Positions 1 through 17,428 of a stretch of DNA of 64,000 nucleotides are shown piece after piece. The stretch comes from the human T2T-CHM13v2.0 reference genome, Homo sapiens. How positions within the stretch are numbered: position 1 is the stretch's first letter; each line of letters begins with the position of its first letter. The notes beneath the pieces are model-generated. The model did no database searches and had not been told where the DNA came from. It saw nothing but the letters and a program-made list of their open reading frames with translations. The stretch lies in the NCBI RefSeq assembly GCF_009914755.1, contig NC_060945.1, one strand, 5' to 3'. A program made the position numbers and the translations under genes.

Positions 1-575
1 AAGTTACTTAAAACCAATTCGATTCTCTTGAGTATTTATGCTTTGCTTATGCAGTGTTCACTTTGTCTCTGGCTAATTTTTTGTGGGTACCAAAGTAAGG
101 CCCTTCTTACTTGTCACGTGTGTTTTGGCACAGTTACTTCTAAGCATTTCAGGCAATTTTTCCCTGGCCTCAGGTGAATTTCTCTTACATGTATCTGAAT
201 CTATACTCAGATCTGTAAGGTATGATGAGAAATTTGCACATCCGCAATGTCTTTTCTCTGCACAGCTTTTTGTTCGTTGGCATGTTGGTTTTGTGACCTA
301 CAAACTCGAGACACATTGGCTTCCCTGGATTACTATCTCAGTCTCCTCAATTCAGGGAGTACTTCCTGGGTTCCTCCTCTGTATGTCATAGCCTGGATTC
401 TTTCTGGCTAGTAAGCTGGGAAATTTTTAGGTTTCGGTTGGTTTGCTCATTGACGCTTAGCGATTATTAGATTTACTTATTATTTATCCAATATCTTTGA
501 ACAATTTTTTTCATATATTTATGTTGGTTTTCAGTTGTTTCAGATGGGAATTTGGTCCCTGTTATTGCATAAGAA
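1..575 (-). mobile_element. Ancient L1M (L1ME/MD-type) 5' region fragment
   Basis: TTTCATATATTTATGTTGGTTTTCAGTTGTTTCAG...GGTCCCTGTTA resembles the antisense 5' end of old mammalian L1; highly diverged. Confidence 0.45.
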
Positions 576-720
576 CTTACTTTTATCTTTAAAATATTTT
601 GAACAATATAAAATTATAGTAAATTTTCAAGACTATAATCAATACCTAATTACCCTTTGCTTAGATTCATTAATTTTTAAAATTCTGCCTTCTTTATTTC
701 TATATATATTAAGAAAATAG

Positions 721-1028
<308 letters not shown>

Positions 1029-1924
1029 AAGAAAAGAGTTATTTCCTGAACCATTTGAAAGACATTGTAGACAACATGGTGTATATCCTGAATACTTCCA
1101 CATACAGCACATCTCTTGAGAAGGAAAAATTACTACTTAGACTGACTAGCAAAAGTATTCTCTTGTCTCAGTGATGTAAAATAAAATATATTTTGGTGTT
1201 TTTGTTTATAAAAATTGAAGAAATGAATTCATTAAGTCAAGAGGTGAGAATCCGGAACCAAGCACTAAATTAATTGTTCCACACTAGGAGCTAATACCTA
1301 GAAGATACATTCCATATAGAGCACCATCTGATTAAGCTCATGAAGCAAAAGGTAGAGAAGATAATGATGAAAGAGGAAGCAGAACCATAAACATGGACAA
1401 CTATAAAAATTATGTGATGAAATCTACATGTTCAAGACCCTAAGGTGTTAAATATAACAGTGTTTATAAGTGAAGCATTTTTAAATTCATAAATATTCCT
1501 ATTTGCTGTGTTGCAGAGAATGTATTTAAGGTTTTTGAAGAAACCAAGTGAGACTCAGCACATAAATTATAATCTAGGGTGACTTAACATAGGTTGCTTT
1601 TTAAGAGGTTCAGCATATTAAAAATTTGATTAAAAATTACAAGAAACAACATGAATGAATTGATGACTGATTATATACATACAGTAGAAGAACAAAAGGA
1701 AGTCTCAGGTACATTTGAGGAACATCACTGCTGGTAATTCTACTTATGGAGATGAGAAAGGTAGATTGGTTTTTCCTTTATGAAAGTTAGGGGTATTGAA
1801 TTTGGGCTTTGATGAAGGACAATTAGTGACACCCCTGTGTAGATAGATACCCCTTGCTATATAACAAATTATCATGAATATTTGTATCTCAAAAATAAAT
1901 ATTCATTTTAATTAATAACACACC

Positions 1925-2203
1925 TGTATTAGGTATCTATTGTATGTAAAATATTAACCACAAAAATAGTGTCTTTAAATAACAATAAACATATTTGTCT
2001 CACACAATTTATCAGAGCCAAGAATTTCAGTGTCTTAACTAGGTAGTTCTGCCTCTTAAGTTTTTTATGATGTTGCAGTTAAGATGTTGTCTGGGACTTC
2101 ACTCAATCCTTGAACAGGTGTGGATGGTACACTTTTAAGGTAACTCATTCAAATGATTGCAAGTTAATGCTGGTTGATGGGAGAAGCCTCAGTTCCTCAC
2201 CAT
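1925..2203 (-). mobile_element. MLT1-family MaLR LTR fragment
   Basis: TGTATTAG terminus followed by MLT1-like blocks (GATGTTGCAGTTAAGATGTTG; GCAAGTTAATGCTGG; AGCCTCAGTTCCTCACCATG); truncated. Confidence 0.6.
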
Positions 2204-2597
2204 GATTACATCACTACTGAACTTATGTGTAACTAACCAAAAAATATGGTATGGTATGGTAGGGATATATTGGCTGTTGATACTGACCACAAAATATGTC
2301 TGTAAATCTGTGTTTACTAGGACAGTCAATATTTTTTCCCTGAGTTTGAAAAAATCATTTTCAAATGTTCACTGGCAAATCTGGATAACAGCAGGCTCCT
2401 CCCACGCATGCAGACCCTGACCACAAAGCAGGTAATTGACCTTGGCCGGACACCAGAATCGGGTGAAGTAGCTGACTCTCCAGAACAGAATTTAATATTG
2501 TCTTCAAGAAACCAAAGGGAAGCATGCAAATCCTGTCTTTTCTCCCCAGGAAAGAGTGAAAGGAGGGCAAAGGGAAAGAATATTTCCTAGTATTTCT

Positions 2598-2793
2598 TTT
2601 TTTTAATTCAATTTAATTTAATTTTAAGTTCCAGGATACATGTGCAGGACGTGCAGATTTGTTTTATAGGTAAATGTGTGCTATGGTGGTTTGCTGCACC
2701 TGTCAACCCATCACCTGGGTATTAAACCCCACGTGCATTAGTTATTTATCCTGATGCTTTCCCTCCCACCACACTCCCTAAAGGCCCCAGGTC
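2598..2793 (-). mobile_element. 5'-truncated L1PA (older, about PA10-PA15) 3' end, ~200 bp
   Basis: Antisense L1 3'UTR (TTAAGTTCCAGGATACATGTGCAGGACGTGCAG...TTTGCTGCACC); perfect 12-bp TSD CCTAGTATTTCT at 2586-2597 and 2794-2805. Confidence 0.9.
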
Positions 2794-3904
2794 CCTAGTA
2801 TTTCTAAAATAATTACATTCAAATAAAAGAATAAGAATAGAAAATGCGGTTTTTCCACTAACAACAATTTCAGGTATAGCAATCTCTACATATCTTGTGA
2901 TTATGTCTTGAATCAACACATCCTATCTCAAGCAAGGAACTAGATTGGAGATTAAAACACAATTATGTTTAAAAAACATAAGCCCTATGCACTATTGAAA
3001 TTTACCTAGGAGAAGAGATAGGAAAAGCAAAGTAAAAAGAGAAGAGGATTTGTTAAGCAGTTTGTGATATATATTAATTAATATTTATTTTTTGTGTTCT
3101 TTAATAGGGTAAAATCACACGAAACATTTGACACAACATTAATATGAGTTTTCAACCATCTTTGCTACTTTATAAAAGTAAAATGAAATATACTTTACAT
3201 AAATTATTAAAGATAAGTGTATATATTTTGTACACAGATACTGTGTCATTATAATACTTAAAATAAAATAAATAATATTATCTGACCAAAAAGATTTGTG
3301 AAATTCTGGACAAAGTTATATATTGCATGGGCGGGTAATCTGTAAAATGAGTCTAAAATGGGTCCAACTATGGGTAGTCTTGATGCCAGGTAAAAAGAAC
3401 CAATAAAACTTTTAAACAGGAGAGGTGCACAAACAGATTTCGTTTGAATACTAAATCCACTGGCATCATACAGAATTGATTATAGGAGAAGTTTTGTGTC
3501 AACAATACCCAGAACTACTATGCACTTAACCTAATCCAGAACAAAATTCTCAAATTTGTGTTTTTTTCAGTGCATTTTATTATTTATTTATTTTTTACTT
3601 CTGCACATGTATCCCAAATTTCTATTTTCTAGAGTTTAACGTAATATTAATATTTTAACATAAAATAGAGAAAACTAATTTAAATGACTTGTATATTTAT
3701 ATAGTCTTTGATCCAGTTTTCTCTTTTGTTGTTTCTTGGTTCTATAGGAAAGATTAAGACTCATTGATTGAGTTAGTCATGGCAGTCACCCCAAAATGAT
3801 TACAAGACTGTTAATACTGCATGATAATTAATTTCAGAAAGTAAAATCTTCTAGAAAGTTTTCTTCATTACTTACTGTCTTTTTCTTTATTTTTAAAAAT
3901 GTTT

Positions 3905-4225
3905 GCCAGCTTTGAGATATAATCCCTAGACCATAAAGTTCCCGCATTTAAAGTGTACAATTCAATGGCTTTTAGTATATTCTGAGTTGTGCATGCATCA
4001 CCGCAATCGATTTTGGAGCATTTAATTATTTCCTTCCAAAAAACCCTCTAAAACCTTTCCATACAACCCAGCTTAAAGCAAACACTAATCTGCTTTCTGT
4101 CTTTATAGATTTGCCTATCCTGAACATTTCTTATGAATCATACAATGTATGGTCCTTTGTAATTGGCATTTTGAATTAGTATGCTTTCATCCTTTTTGTA
4201 CCATATATCAGTACATTTATTTTTT
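3905..4225 (-). mobile_element. L1MB-type 3'UTR fragment
   Basis: GAGATATAAT...TTTAAAGTGTACAATTCAATGGCTTTTAGTATATTC...CACTAATCTGCTTTCTGTC is typical of the antisense L1MB 3' end. Confidence 0.8.
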
Positions 4226-4254
4226 AATTTTTAAATGTAAATTGAAATATACAG

Positions 4255-4856
4255 AAGGCTGAAAAATGGACCCTTATCTCACATCATACAGAAAAATCAA
4301 CTCAAAATGAAATACAGACTTAAACGTTAGACCTCAAACTGTAAAACTACTATAAGAAAACACAAGGGAAAAAATTACATGACATTAATCTGTGCAATGG
4401 TATTTTAGATTTGACCCCAAACGTGCAAACAACAAAAGCAAAAACAGACAAGTGGAATTACATAGAAATAAAAAGCTTCTGTACAACAAAGGAAACAACA
4501 GAATAAAGAGAAAACTTACAGATCGGGAGAAAATATTTGCAAGACATACATCTGATAAGGGATTAATATCCGAAATATATAAGGAACTCAAACAATTCTA
4601 CAGAAAGAAAACAAATTCTATAAAACTCAAACAATTCTACAGAAGGAAAACAATTTTTTTTTCTAAACAAAGAAAACAAATTTGTTTCTTTCCATAGAAA
4701 GAAATAAATCATAGAAAGAAAACATACAAATAATGGTCTGTTTTAATCCAAACAAATTTTGGATTAAAAAGTGGGCAAGGTATCCAAATAGATATTTCTT
4801 AAAAGAAGACATACAAATGACAAACCAGAAATATGAAAAATGTTCAACACACTAAT
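4255..4856 (+). mobile_element. L1M (L1MA-like) ORF2 C-terminal fragment
   Basis: ORF 4392-4697 contains EKIFARHTSDKGLISEIYKELKQ, homologous to L1 ORF2p; frameshifted. Confidence 0.85.
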
Positions 4857-5722
4857 TCTTTCTTTAAATCTAGAACAGTTTAAAACCAGTCACATCATTT
4901 TCAGTGGCATAATCAACATAAGTAATGTAAGTATTCAAAGAACATATCTGTTCTTTTAAATCAATTATGACCTTTCACATTTCAATGAAAATGTATGATT
5001 TTAACAAGTATCTGCAGGTTGGTTGATCCATAGGCTTCATAACAACCTCAGGCATCAGGGTCTTTTCTCATCCACAATATCAGCTGCATCATAAATCTCA
5101 TATCTTCTTAATTATAGGATTGGTGCCAACAGCACCAATTATATGTACTTCCTTATTAGAGTCATTTGGGAGCCATATGCCAATTACTATTCCCTCCTGT
5201 CGTAGTATTTTGAGTTATGGTGGTAGATACAAGCATGAAGTAGGTAAAAGACAAATTTCTCTCCTATATTGTTAATAATCTCTATGACTCGTTGTCTTTT
5301 TTTCTATTTTACCTTATACAGAAGAGGCCTGATCACTTTCCATTAAACATTTGAAAGATTTAGAAATAGATACATTGCTTCTCTAATTGGTATTTTTTAA
5401 TTTTGTATTTTGTTATTGAAAAATACATAGTTTTCACTATCATCAGTATCAAAAGTTTATATTTTGCTAGAGCAATCCTTTGGAAATGCATATCAATTAT
5501 TCGAAAATGTTTTGAATAAAGCAACTTCTTGCGATAGTCTGTTGAAACACAGCCTCATACAGAACACTGTGGGAAAAATTAGTTCACCATTTTCATGTTT
5601 AGACAATTAAAAATAATTTGAGGTATTAAAAGGATACTCAGGAAATTAGAAATTGTTATTCTATTTGGGAGCAGCTATAGAGGTCCTTATGTTGTAGACC
5701 TATATAAATTTGTTTCTTATAA

Positions 5723-6056
<334 letters not shown>

Positions 6057-6464
6057 AATTCTTTATTTTAATGTTCATGTTTTCATTAGGCAATTTCAGT
6101 ACACCCAAGTGTATTTTGAGAAGTGATTCACTTTTAATCTCTCCTAGTTTCTTTCAATTATGGCCGCAAAATTCATTAACGTTGTATGACTGATTTAAGG
6201 AAATGCTGTTGCATTAGTGAGTATCTACTTTTATAAACCTAAAATAGTTTCTTACCTCATGTCTCCTTACAATCATCTGATTATAGACAGTATCAATTCT
6301 ATGAACTTGCATACTTCCAAAAAGAAAATACATATCCTGGGACTTTTGTATATTTTACATTTTTCTTGATTTTTAAAATTCAGTATTTAAGTTATTTTGG
6401 CAGTAGGAGCACGGAAACAAAATGACTTCTAAGAAAGTTTAAATCTATGGAAACACCAATTTTC

Positions 6465-6959
<495 letters not shown>

Positions 6960-8131
6960 GAAAGACCTATTTTCATTCTTAAAGAAGAACAGTGAGAAGT
7001 ATTTAAGATACTTACTCATGTTGTTTCACATTCTAATGCCTCCCTAATCATCCACCAACACATTACAAAAAAAACAGCAATGTACAGCAATGAATTGAGA
7101 CAAAGTTTCCATTATATGTCTCAGACATGTCATTTCCAACAGAGCCTATTGGAGTCTTTATTAAATTAAATGCTTTTTACTTACAACAAGATTCACATGG
7201 CTTCTTCAGAAATCCTAGGGCTACTAAAGTAAATAAAATTTTACTAAAGTTTTCAAAATAAATTTTGTAATTAAAATTTTAATCACACTGATTTACTGAA
7301 GGGATAGAATACATTCAAGTGTAACAAATATCCAAAACATTTTTAAAACCCAAGAAGTTATAATAATAGCTCTTTCTCAATGTGATTATACTTGCAATAT
7401 TTTCCATAAAATTATTTTAAAAGATTTTTTCAGTATTTAATTACTCATAGACATTGTGCAATATTATCAAATTATATTTAAATAGTTGTTTAAATAGTCA
7501 AATGTATGCATATATAAAATATTAGAAAATCATAAATATATGCTCTTAGAGGAATGCTCACATTTTAGATTAGTTAAAAAAACACAGCTTCAATTACTGA
7601 TAAACATGCAGTTGAATATAGTTTTCTAAACTATATTCAAAAGTATAGTCAAGCTTTAGTATCTTATGAGTAAACACCTCGAATTTTGTCAAACCACATC
7701 TTTATGTATAGTGTAGTGTTATAGGCTTCACTATCATTATGAAGGTTTACATGTTAAGCTGTCAAAGTTGTAGTGTGGTAATGAACAGATAATTTCAGAT
7801 CAATTGCAATCAGTCAACTTACCCCATAACTTCTCCGACTTATCCTCAGCAGATTATTATGTTAGACATTATGGTGTTGTTAATTAATGTATTCAGATTT
7901 GATGGGTTATTTTTCTAACATGATTTTAGATCATGATAGGAATTTAAAGTGAAGTTAATTACTTCTTATTTCCAAGAAAGTAATGCATTGGTGCTCCACA
8001 TGAAAATAAAATGAACTTACATTAAAATTATTTAACATTACATTTTTTAAAATTATTTAATGATAATATTTAAAGAGAAAACTTGTTTACCAATATATGT
8101 TGCATCACTATATGAATAAGAACATACCTAT

Positions 8132-8502
8132 TCTATTAGTCTTTTTTCATGCTGTTGATAAAGACATACCCAAGACTGGAGAATTTAGAAAGAAAAGAAG
8201 TTTAATTGGCCCACCGTTCCACATGGCTAGGGAGGCCTCAAAATCATGGCAGAAGGCAAAGAGGAGCAAAGTCACATCTTACATGGATGGCCGCAGGCAA
8301 AAACAGGGAACTTGTTCAGGGGATCTCCTCTTTATAAAACCATCAGACCTGTGAGACTTATTCACTATCATGAGGACAGCAGGAGAAAGACCCACCCCCA
8401 TGATTCAATTACCTCCCACTGGGTCCCTCTCATGACACAGGGGAATTGTGGGAGTTACAATTCATGGTGAGATTTGGGTGGGAACACAGCCAAATCATAT
8501 CA
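8132..8502 (-). mobile_element. THE1 solo LTR (MaLR)
   Basis: Ends GAGATTTGGGTGGGAACACAGCCAAATCATATCA (reverse complement of THE1 start); ~370 bp; TSD CCTAT/CCTAC. Confidence 0.92.
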
Positions 8503-10869
8503 CCTACGAAAATAGACAATAGTTGTTATGTGAAAATTGTATGTGTAAATATTTCCAAGACTTTTGTGTAACTAATATTTACCATATTGGGCTATTTTGA
8601 GGTAAAAATGAAATAATGCATGTAAAATACTTCAGCCATTAAATGAATTCGCTAAATCGTACATGCTGATAGACACATTTCAAGAACTCTCATGACTGGA
8701 AAAGAGCTTTAGTTTTGATCACCAGGCAAAGAACAGCAGCTAGCTCTTGAGTACAAACTAGGGCAACATGGAAAGTCAGTATTAAAAGGTAGGGATGAAG
8801 AGCAGCCATGCCCCATAAACATTTTCAGAAATAAAAACTTGTTTCCACTTGTATTTAAATTTTTTTTGCTTCTCTAAATTTGGATATTCAGTTTGATGAA
8901 TTATTTACCCTATCACTCTTGGCTTTTCTAATTCTTTAAAAATATACTATTTTTGCCAGCTTGTTTACATATTTTTAAGAGGTTGTCTTTGGATTGAACT
9001 AAACATTTATTAAGTAATTTGCAAAATTTAAGAAAAGAGATTTTGATGGGATTGACCTATAATTTAAAGGATAAATGGATATCACTAGAAATTTTAAGAT
9101 ACAATTTTGAAGAATTTCAAAGTAATCCTGGAAACTTCTAAATATGATTGTAGGAGACTCTGCTTGAATAGAGGTGATGACTATTAAATAGGCATATCAA
9201 ATGATTTGCCTTGAGACAGGAACCAAAGTATAGTGACAGGATTGATTAGATGGCGAAACAATAAAAGCACCAGGAGCTAAGCTACATTGATGGGGTATGT
9301 CCTGTTTGATAACAGGGTTTTGTTCCTAACTAGCATTCTGGTTCAAAATCCATAAGGTTTAGCTATTTTCCTATCTCTTTCACTCCATCCCCATCCACTC
9401 ACTGATTTCTTTTGTTTCTATGGACGTTATTATGTGACCCAGTTTATTACATTTGACTGATATGGTTTTGAATAAATGTATAAATATACACAGACATGTG
9501 TTTGTGTGTGTGTGTGTAATCAAACAAGTATATTACTCAAAAGTAGAAAACAATGAACAGTGGAAGTCAAACTCTTGTTTTTCTGGTTTTTTTTTTTTTT
9601 TTGAGAGGAAGCAATTGAAGAAATGAGACATCAAATTAATCTTTTAATTGGGATACTCCCCATTGGCACTTGTTTTATGTTCATAAAATTCTTTAAATTT
9701 TGTATTGGAAATAAAATTTTATATTTGTATCTCACTCTTCATACACAGTATAATGTTCTTCGCAATTAGGAAATAATAAAATAGTGATAAAAATTTAAAC
9801 TATTTAGAAAATAAACGGCGATTGTATTCCAAATATAACTCCCATGAGCAAGTAGGTAAATAGAAGAGAGGAGAGAAATTTTCCAAGTGAATATTAAGGA
9901 AGATGCATGTTTGGGAATGAGAGAGAGAGAATGGAGTCTGAGTGAATTACAGACAGATTATGCGAGCATAATTATTTTGCACATTACTATTGCTGCTTGC
10001 AATTTCAGCAGCCTCCCTTTCTATCACAGTTGAAGATGAAGGGGAAAGGTGCTTTATTATTTCCATTTTTGAAAGCCCTTATTTTTCTTCATGTTGCCAG
10101 GTCTACCTTAAATCAGTAAGGTCTGTGGCTGTCCAGATGCACATCATAATCGGCACAGAACTCTACCATTTGGTCAAAACCAAAAACTAACTGGGACGCC
10201 TAAGGTATTTGTTTCTTTCTGGCCTTTAACTGCTATACTCATTCACTTTCTGATTGTGCTTTTAGCACTTAACACCAATGCCAGAGAGTGGTCATTTCCT
10301 CTTTAGTAAATAGGATAATGGTATACAAATGCTGAAAAAATAAACATCAAAATGAGACACTCTATATCAAAAGACCTCTAATGCCCAGATTACTCTCATT
10401 GTCTCATAGATAAACAGCTGCTAGATTAACAGTATAATTTTTAATCCATTTTCGGAGTATAAAACTTGTCAGTGAACATTCGCCAGGTTAACTTTCTCAA
10501 GATTCCCTATGGACACCATTGCAGAAAACACAGACAAAGGCACCCCCATGCTCTGTTGTGTCAAGATAGGTGGGTACTACAGGACTATCGGAGTTTTCTG
10601 AACACACTTGTTTTTCTGACTTTTGATTTCTAAACCCTGAGGTCCTAGAGGAGATTATAATATGGGGTAAAGGGAATGGCAAGAAGTTGAGAGATCGGGT
10701 TGCCATTTTCTATACATTGAGCCAAGCCTGCTCCATGGTAGTTGGAGAGGTGGCAGAACCAAAACAGGAGGATGCACAGCTGGGCCCAAGTATGCCTTGG
10801 AACTAATCAATATTGGTGGTTAACAAGGGTGAATATTAGGGAATTACACAAGTCAGTTTTCAAACAAAC

Positions 10870-10925
10870 TGTCTCAGTCCATTTAGGCAGCTACAACAGA
10901 ACAGCATACACTAGGTGGTTTTTAG
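10870..10925 (-). mobile_element. MLT1A/MST-like LTR terminal stub
   Basis: TGTCTCAGTCCATTTAGGCAGCTACAACAGAA...ACTAGGTGGTT resembles a MaLR LTR 3' terminus; only ~55 bp. Confidence 0.45.
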
Positions 10926-10937
10926 CCCATTCTTGAG

Positions 10938-11172
10938 TTTTTGTTTTTGTTTTTTGTTTGTTTTGTTTGTTGTTTCTTATTGAGATAGGGTCTTGCTCTG
11001 TCACCCTTGCTGGAGTGCAGTGGCACAATCATGGCTTATTGTAGCCTTGATCTCCTAGGCTTGGGTGATCCTCTCTCTTCAGCCTCCCAAGTAGCTGGAA
11101 TTACAGGCCTGCACCACCATGCCCAGCTACTTTTAAAATTTTTGGTGGCAATGTGGTCTCTATGATCCCAGG
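10938..11172 (-). mobile_element. AluJ, partial (right arm plus part of left arm)
   Basis: (TTTG)n tail, GAGATAGGGTCTTGCTCTGTCACC, J-type GCCTTGATCTCCTAGGCT; stops abruptly at CCCAGG. Confidence 0.9.
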
Positions 11173-12350
11173 AGTGATCACCTGATTTTAACTGGTTTTC
11201 CCTTTCTATCACTGGAAGAAGCACTGAGAAGGGTAGGAATAACAGTCTTGAATAGCTGATGCCACCCCTCTCTGATCTCCCAGCAGTGGCCCCATTACAT
11301 GGAGACAAATTCTGTGTGCTTGGGGAAGAGACAACACAGTAATTGTGGGAATTTCCATTAAACCTCAGTGCTGCCCTGTCAAAGCAGAAAGCAACATCAG
11401 GCAGAAGTCAGTCAGTGCCCACAGAAGGGGCATTTATACCAGCCCTAGCCAGAGGGGAATCGCCCATCCCAGTGGTCGGAACCTGAGTTCTAGCAAGTCT
11501 TGCCACTGTGAGCTAAAGGACTCTGGGGTCCTAAATAAACTTGAAAGACAATCTAGGCCACAAGGACTACAATTCCTGGTCAAGTCCTGGTGCTGTGCTG
11601 GGCTTGGAGCCAGTGGATTTGTGGGGCCTGTGACCTGGGGCAGCCAAGGGAATGCTTATGTCATCCCTCCCCAACCCCAGGCAATGCAGCTCACAGCTCT
11701 GGGAGACACCACTTCTTTTGGCTTGAGACAGGAGAGGGAAAAGTAAAGAGGACTTTGTCTTGCAACTTGGATACTAGCTCAGCCACAGTAAAACAGGCCA
11801 TCAAGCAGGCCTCCATTCTAGACCCTAGCTCATGGACATTTCTAGAAACGGCCTGGGCCACATGCAAAACCACTGCCTTAAAGAGGACCCAGTCCTCACA
11901 GGATTCAGCCGCTGCTGCCTAAAGAGGCCCTTGGGCCCTAAAATATTCATCAGTGATAGCCAGGCAGTACTTGCCATGGACCTTGGGTGAGACTCAGAGA
12001 TGTGCTGGTTTCAGGTGAGACCTAATACATTCTTACCTGTGGTGGCTAAAGGGAGAGACTCTGTTGGCTTGAGAAAAGCAGAGAGAAGACTAAAGTAGAC
12101 TTTGTCAGGTACCTTATATAGCAGCTCAGCCATAGTGCAGTAGAGCACTAAAGCAGATTCTTGGGGCCCTGATTCCAGGCCTTGGCTCTCTAGCAGCATT
12201 TCTGGACCTGCCCTGGGCCAGAAGGGAGCCCACTGACCCGTAGTGAGAGTCTCATGCCTGGTGGCATTCACCACATGCTAAATGAGGAGTCTTTGGTCCT
12301 TGATTGAACATTGGAGATACCCTGGCAATACACACAACAGACCTAGCATG
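11173..12350 (+). mobile_element. L1M1/L1MA-type 5'UTR fragment with internal ~350-bp repeats
   Basis: GC-richer block with CTAAATAAACTTGAAAG...CTAGGCCACAAGGACT; repeated units (GACTTTGTC...AGCTCAGCCA near 11750 and 12098). Confidence 0.75.
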
Positions 12351-12824
12351 CACCATCTTTGACCTCAGGAATAGCAGACCAAACTGTCTAAGTTATATAT
12401 ATATTGACATTTTGCATATGTATTAGTTATTGAGATATTAATCCTTTTTCATTATCTTAAAATCATATATCTATTTAAAAGAACATAAGATATGGAATGT
12501 AGTATTCAACCCATATATTATCTGATATTATCTGTTAATTATCTTAAATATCCTCTTTTCTATTTCAAATCTTTCTCAATACTTTCATAATATTGATATT
12601 TCACAGAGTAAGTCCAACATTGTTAAAGTGTGTTAATTTACTCTCGAAATTTTTAGATTTAGGTGTAAATGTCTTTAACATTTTATATAATACTTTTAAA
12701 ACTTTGTTATTTTCACATAGTTTAAATGTATGTGTAATGTTTTCAATGATATACAACATTTTAATACAAGCAATCACACATGAAAATAAATATGAAAATC
12801 AGTCACATAATGGGAAAAAGAGAA

Positions 12825-12827
<3 letters not shown>

Positions 12828-12864
<37 letters not shown>
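12828..12864. repeat. (TG)18 microsatellite
   Basis: Perfect TG run, read directly. Confidence 0.98.
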
Positions 12865-15443
<2,579 letters not shown>

Positions 15444-15802
15444 TATATAAGTTTGTTTTCACGCTGCTAATAAAGACATACCCAAGACTGGCTAATTTAT
15501 AAAGGAAAGAGGTATAATTGACTCACAGTTTCACATGGCTCAGGAGGCCTCATAATCATGGCGAAAGGCGAATGAGGAGCTAAGTCATGTCTTACATAGC
15601 AGCAGGCAAAGAGAGCACACTCCCCTTTATAATGCCATCACATCTTGTGATACTTATTCACTATCATGAGGAGAGCGTGGGGAAAAACCCACCCCCCATG
15701 ATTCAATTACCTCCCATCAGGTCCCTTCCCCAAAACAAGTGAGAATTATGGGAGCTACAATTTAAGATATGATTTGTGTGGGGACACAGCCAAACCATAT
15801 CA
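15444..15802 (-). mobile_element. THE1 LTR without TSD
   Basis: GCTGCTAATAAAGACATACCCAAGACTGG...GGGACACAGCCAAACCATATCA; flanks ACTGG and ATACT do not match. Confidence 0.92.
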
Positions 15803-15805
15803 ATA

Positions 15806-15925
15806 CTCAAATTTATAGTTGACAAAACTGAGATATAAATTGGCTAAATAACAAGTCTTAAGACTTGTAAATGGCAGAGGTTAGATTCAAATCCTCACTG
15901 TCTTACTCTACATTAACCACTACCC
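15806..15925 (-). mobile_element. MIR fragment
   Basis: TTATAGTTGACAAAACTGAG...GTAAATGGCAGAGGTTAGATTCAAATCC, antisense MIR core. Confidence 0.65.
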
Positions 15926-16780
15926 TATATTCCTTTTCATTTAGTGATTCATCTGCCAAACATTCATTTACTGTGATGCACCATTTTATAAATACCATAG
16001 AGCATATTTTAATAAGGCAATGGAAAGCTTCTAAGCTCTAGAAAAAAATAGAATTGTGACATTTTGTAATAGGTTCAAGGAAATCCTCAAGATAGTTAAA
16101 GTATGGAGAAAAATGGACTGAGAGTGTTTTTTAGGACTATTACAATTATTTATTTTAAAACAATCAAATTCTGAAATTTGATTTAAATATAAAATATGAT
16201 TATGCTCAAAACGGTAACCAGTTCTCTCAAAAAGAAAACAAAGAAAATAAAAGACTCGGAGGAGAATATCATCATTTGAAAATGCAAAACCAGTTTACCA
16301 TATTTTAGGTAATTTTTGTGTTTAAGATCCTCTCTAAAGATATTTTTGACACTATAGAAAGTTGTAAGACATTTTTTTAAGTGTATCAGGCCCTCAGGAA
16401 ACAATTTAACTAAACCATGCTTCAGAAAAAACTAAAACTAAGTGGTTCAACTGAGCCTGATAATTGAAACCTAGGTTCCAAAAATTCCTGAATAGCTCTC
16501 TGGGACTATCTTAAGTGGTGAAAGAACCTGCCTCATTAGGGTATTCATATAATATTTCAATTATGCTAAATACATAAAACCTCAAATGCAGTCAACTTAT
16601 AGAATTTTAATTTAAAGATTATTCTCTATCTTCCATGTTATCTATTTACCTAATTAGGAAAGAGCAAATACAAATATTATTTTTCTAACAAAGTGGCTGA
16701 TAATAAATTTGTGAATTTCCGGTTGTTAATTAGAGAAAGAAATAAAGGAAAAATTACATTTAAATTACATTTCACAATAA

Positions 16781-17428
<648 letters not shown>

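Noticed and set aside
3905-4856. Opposed L1 pieces as a twin-priming inversion of one element
   Set aside because: About 400 bp consensus gap, probably different subfamilies, and no TSD found.
11345-12274. Cluster of 60-133-aa ORFs in GC-richer DNA
   Set aside because: Lies within an L1M1-type 5'UTR; stop-poor by composition.
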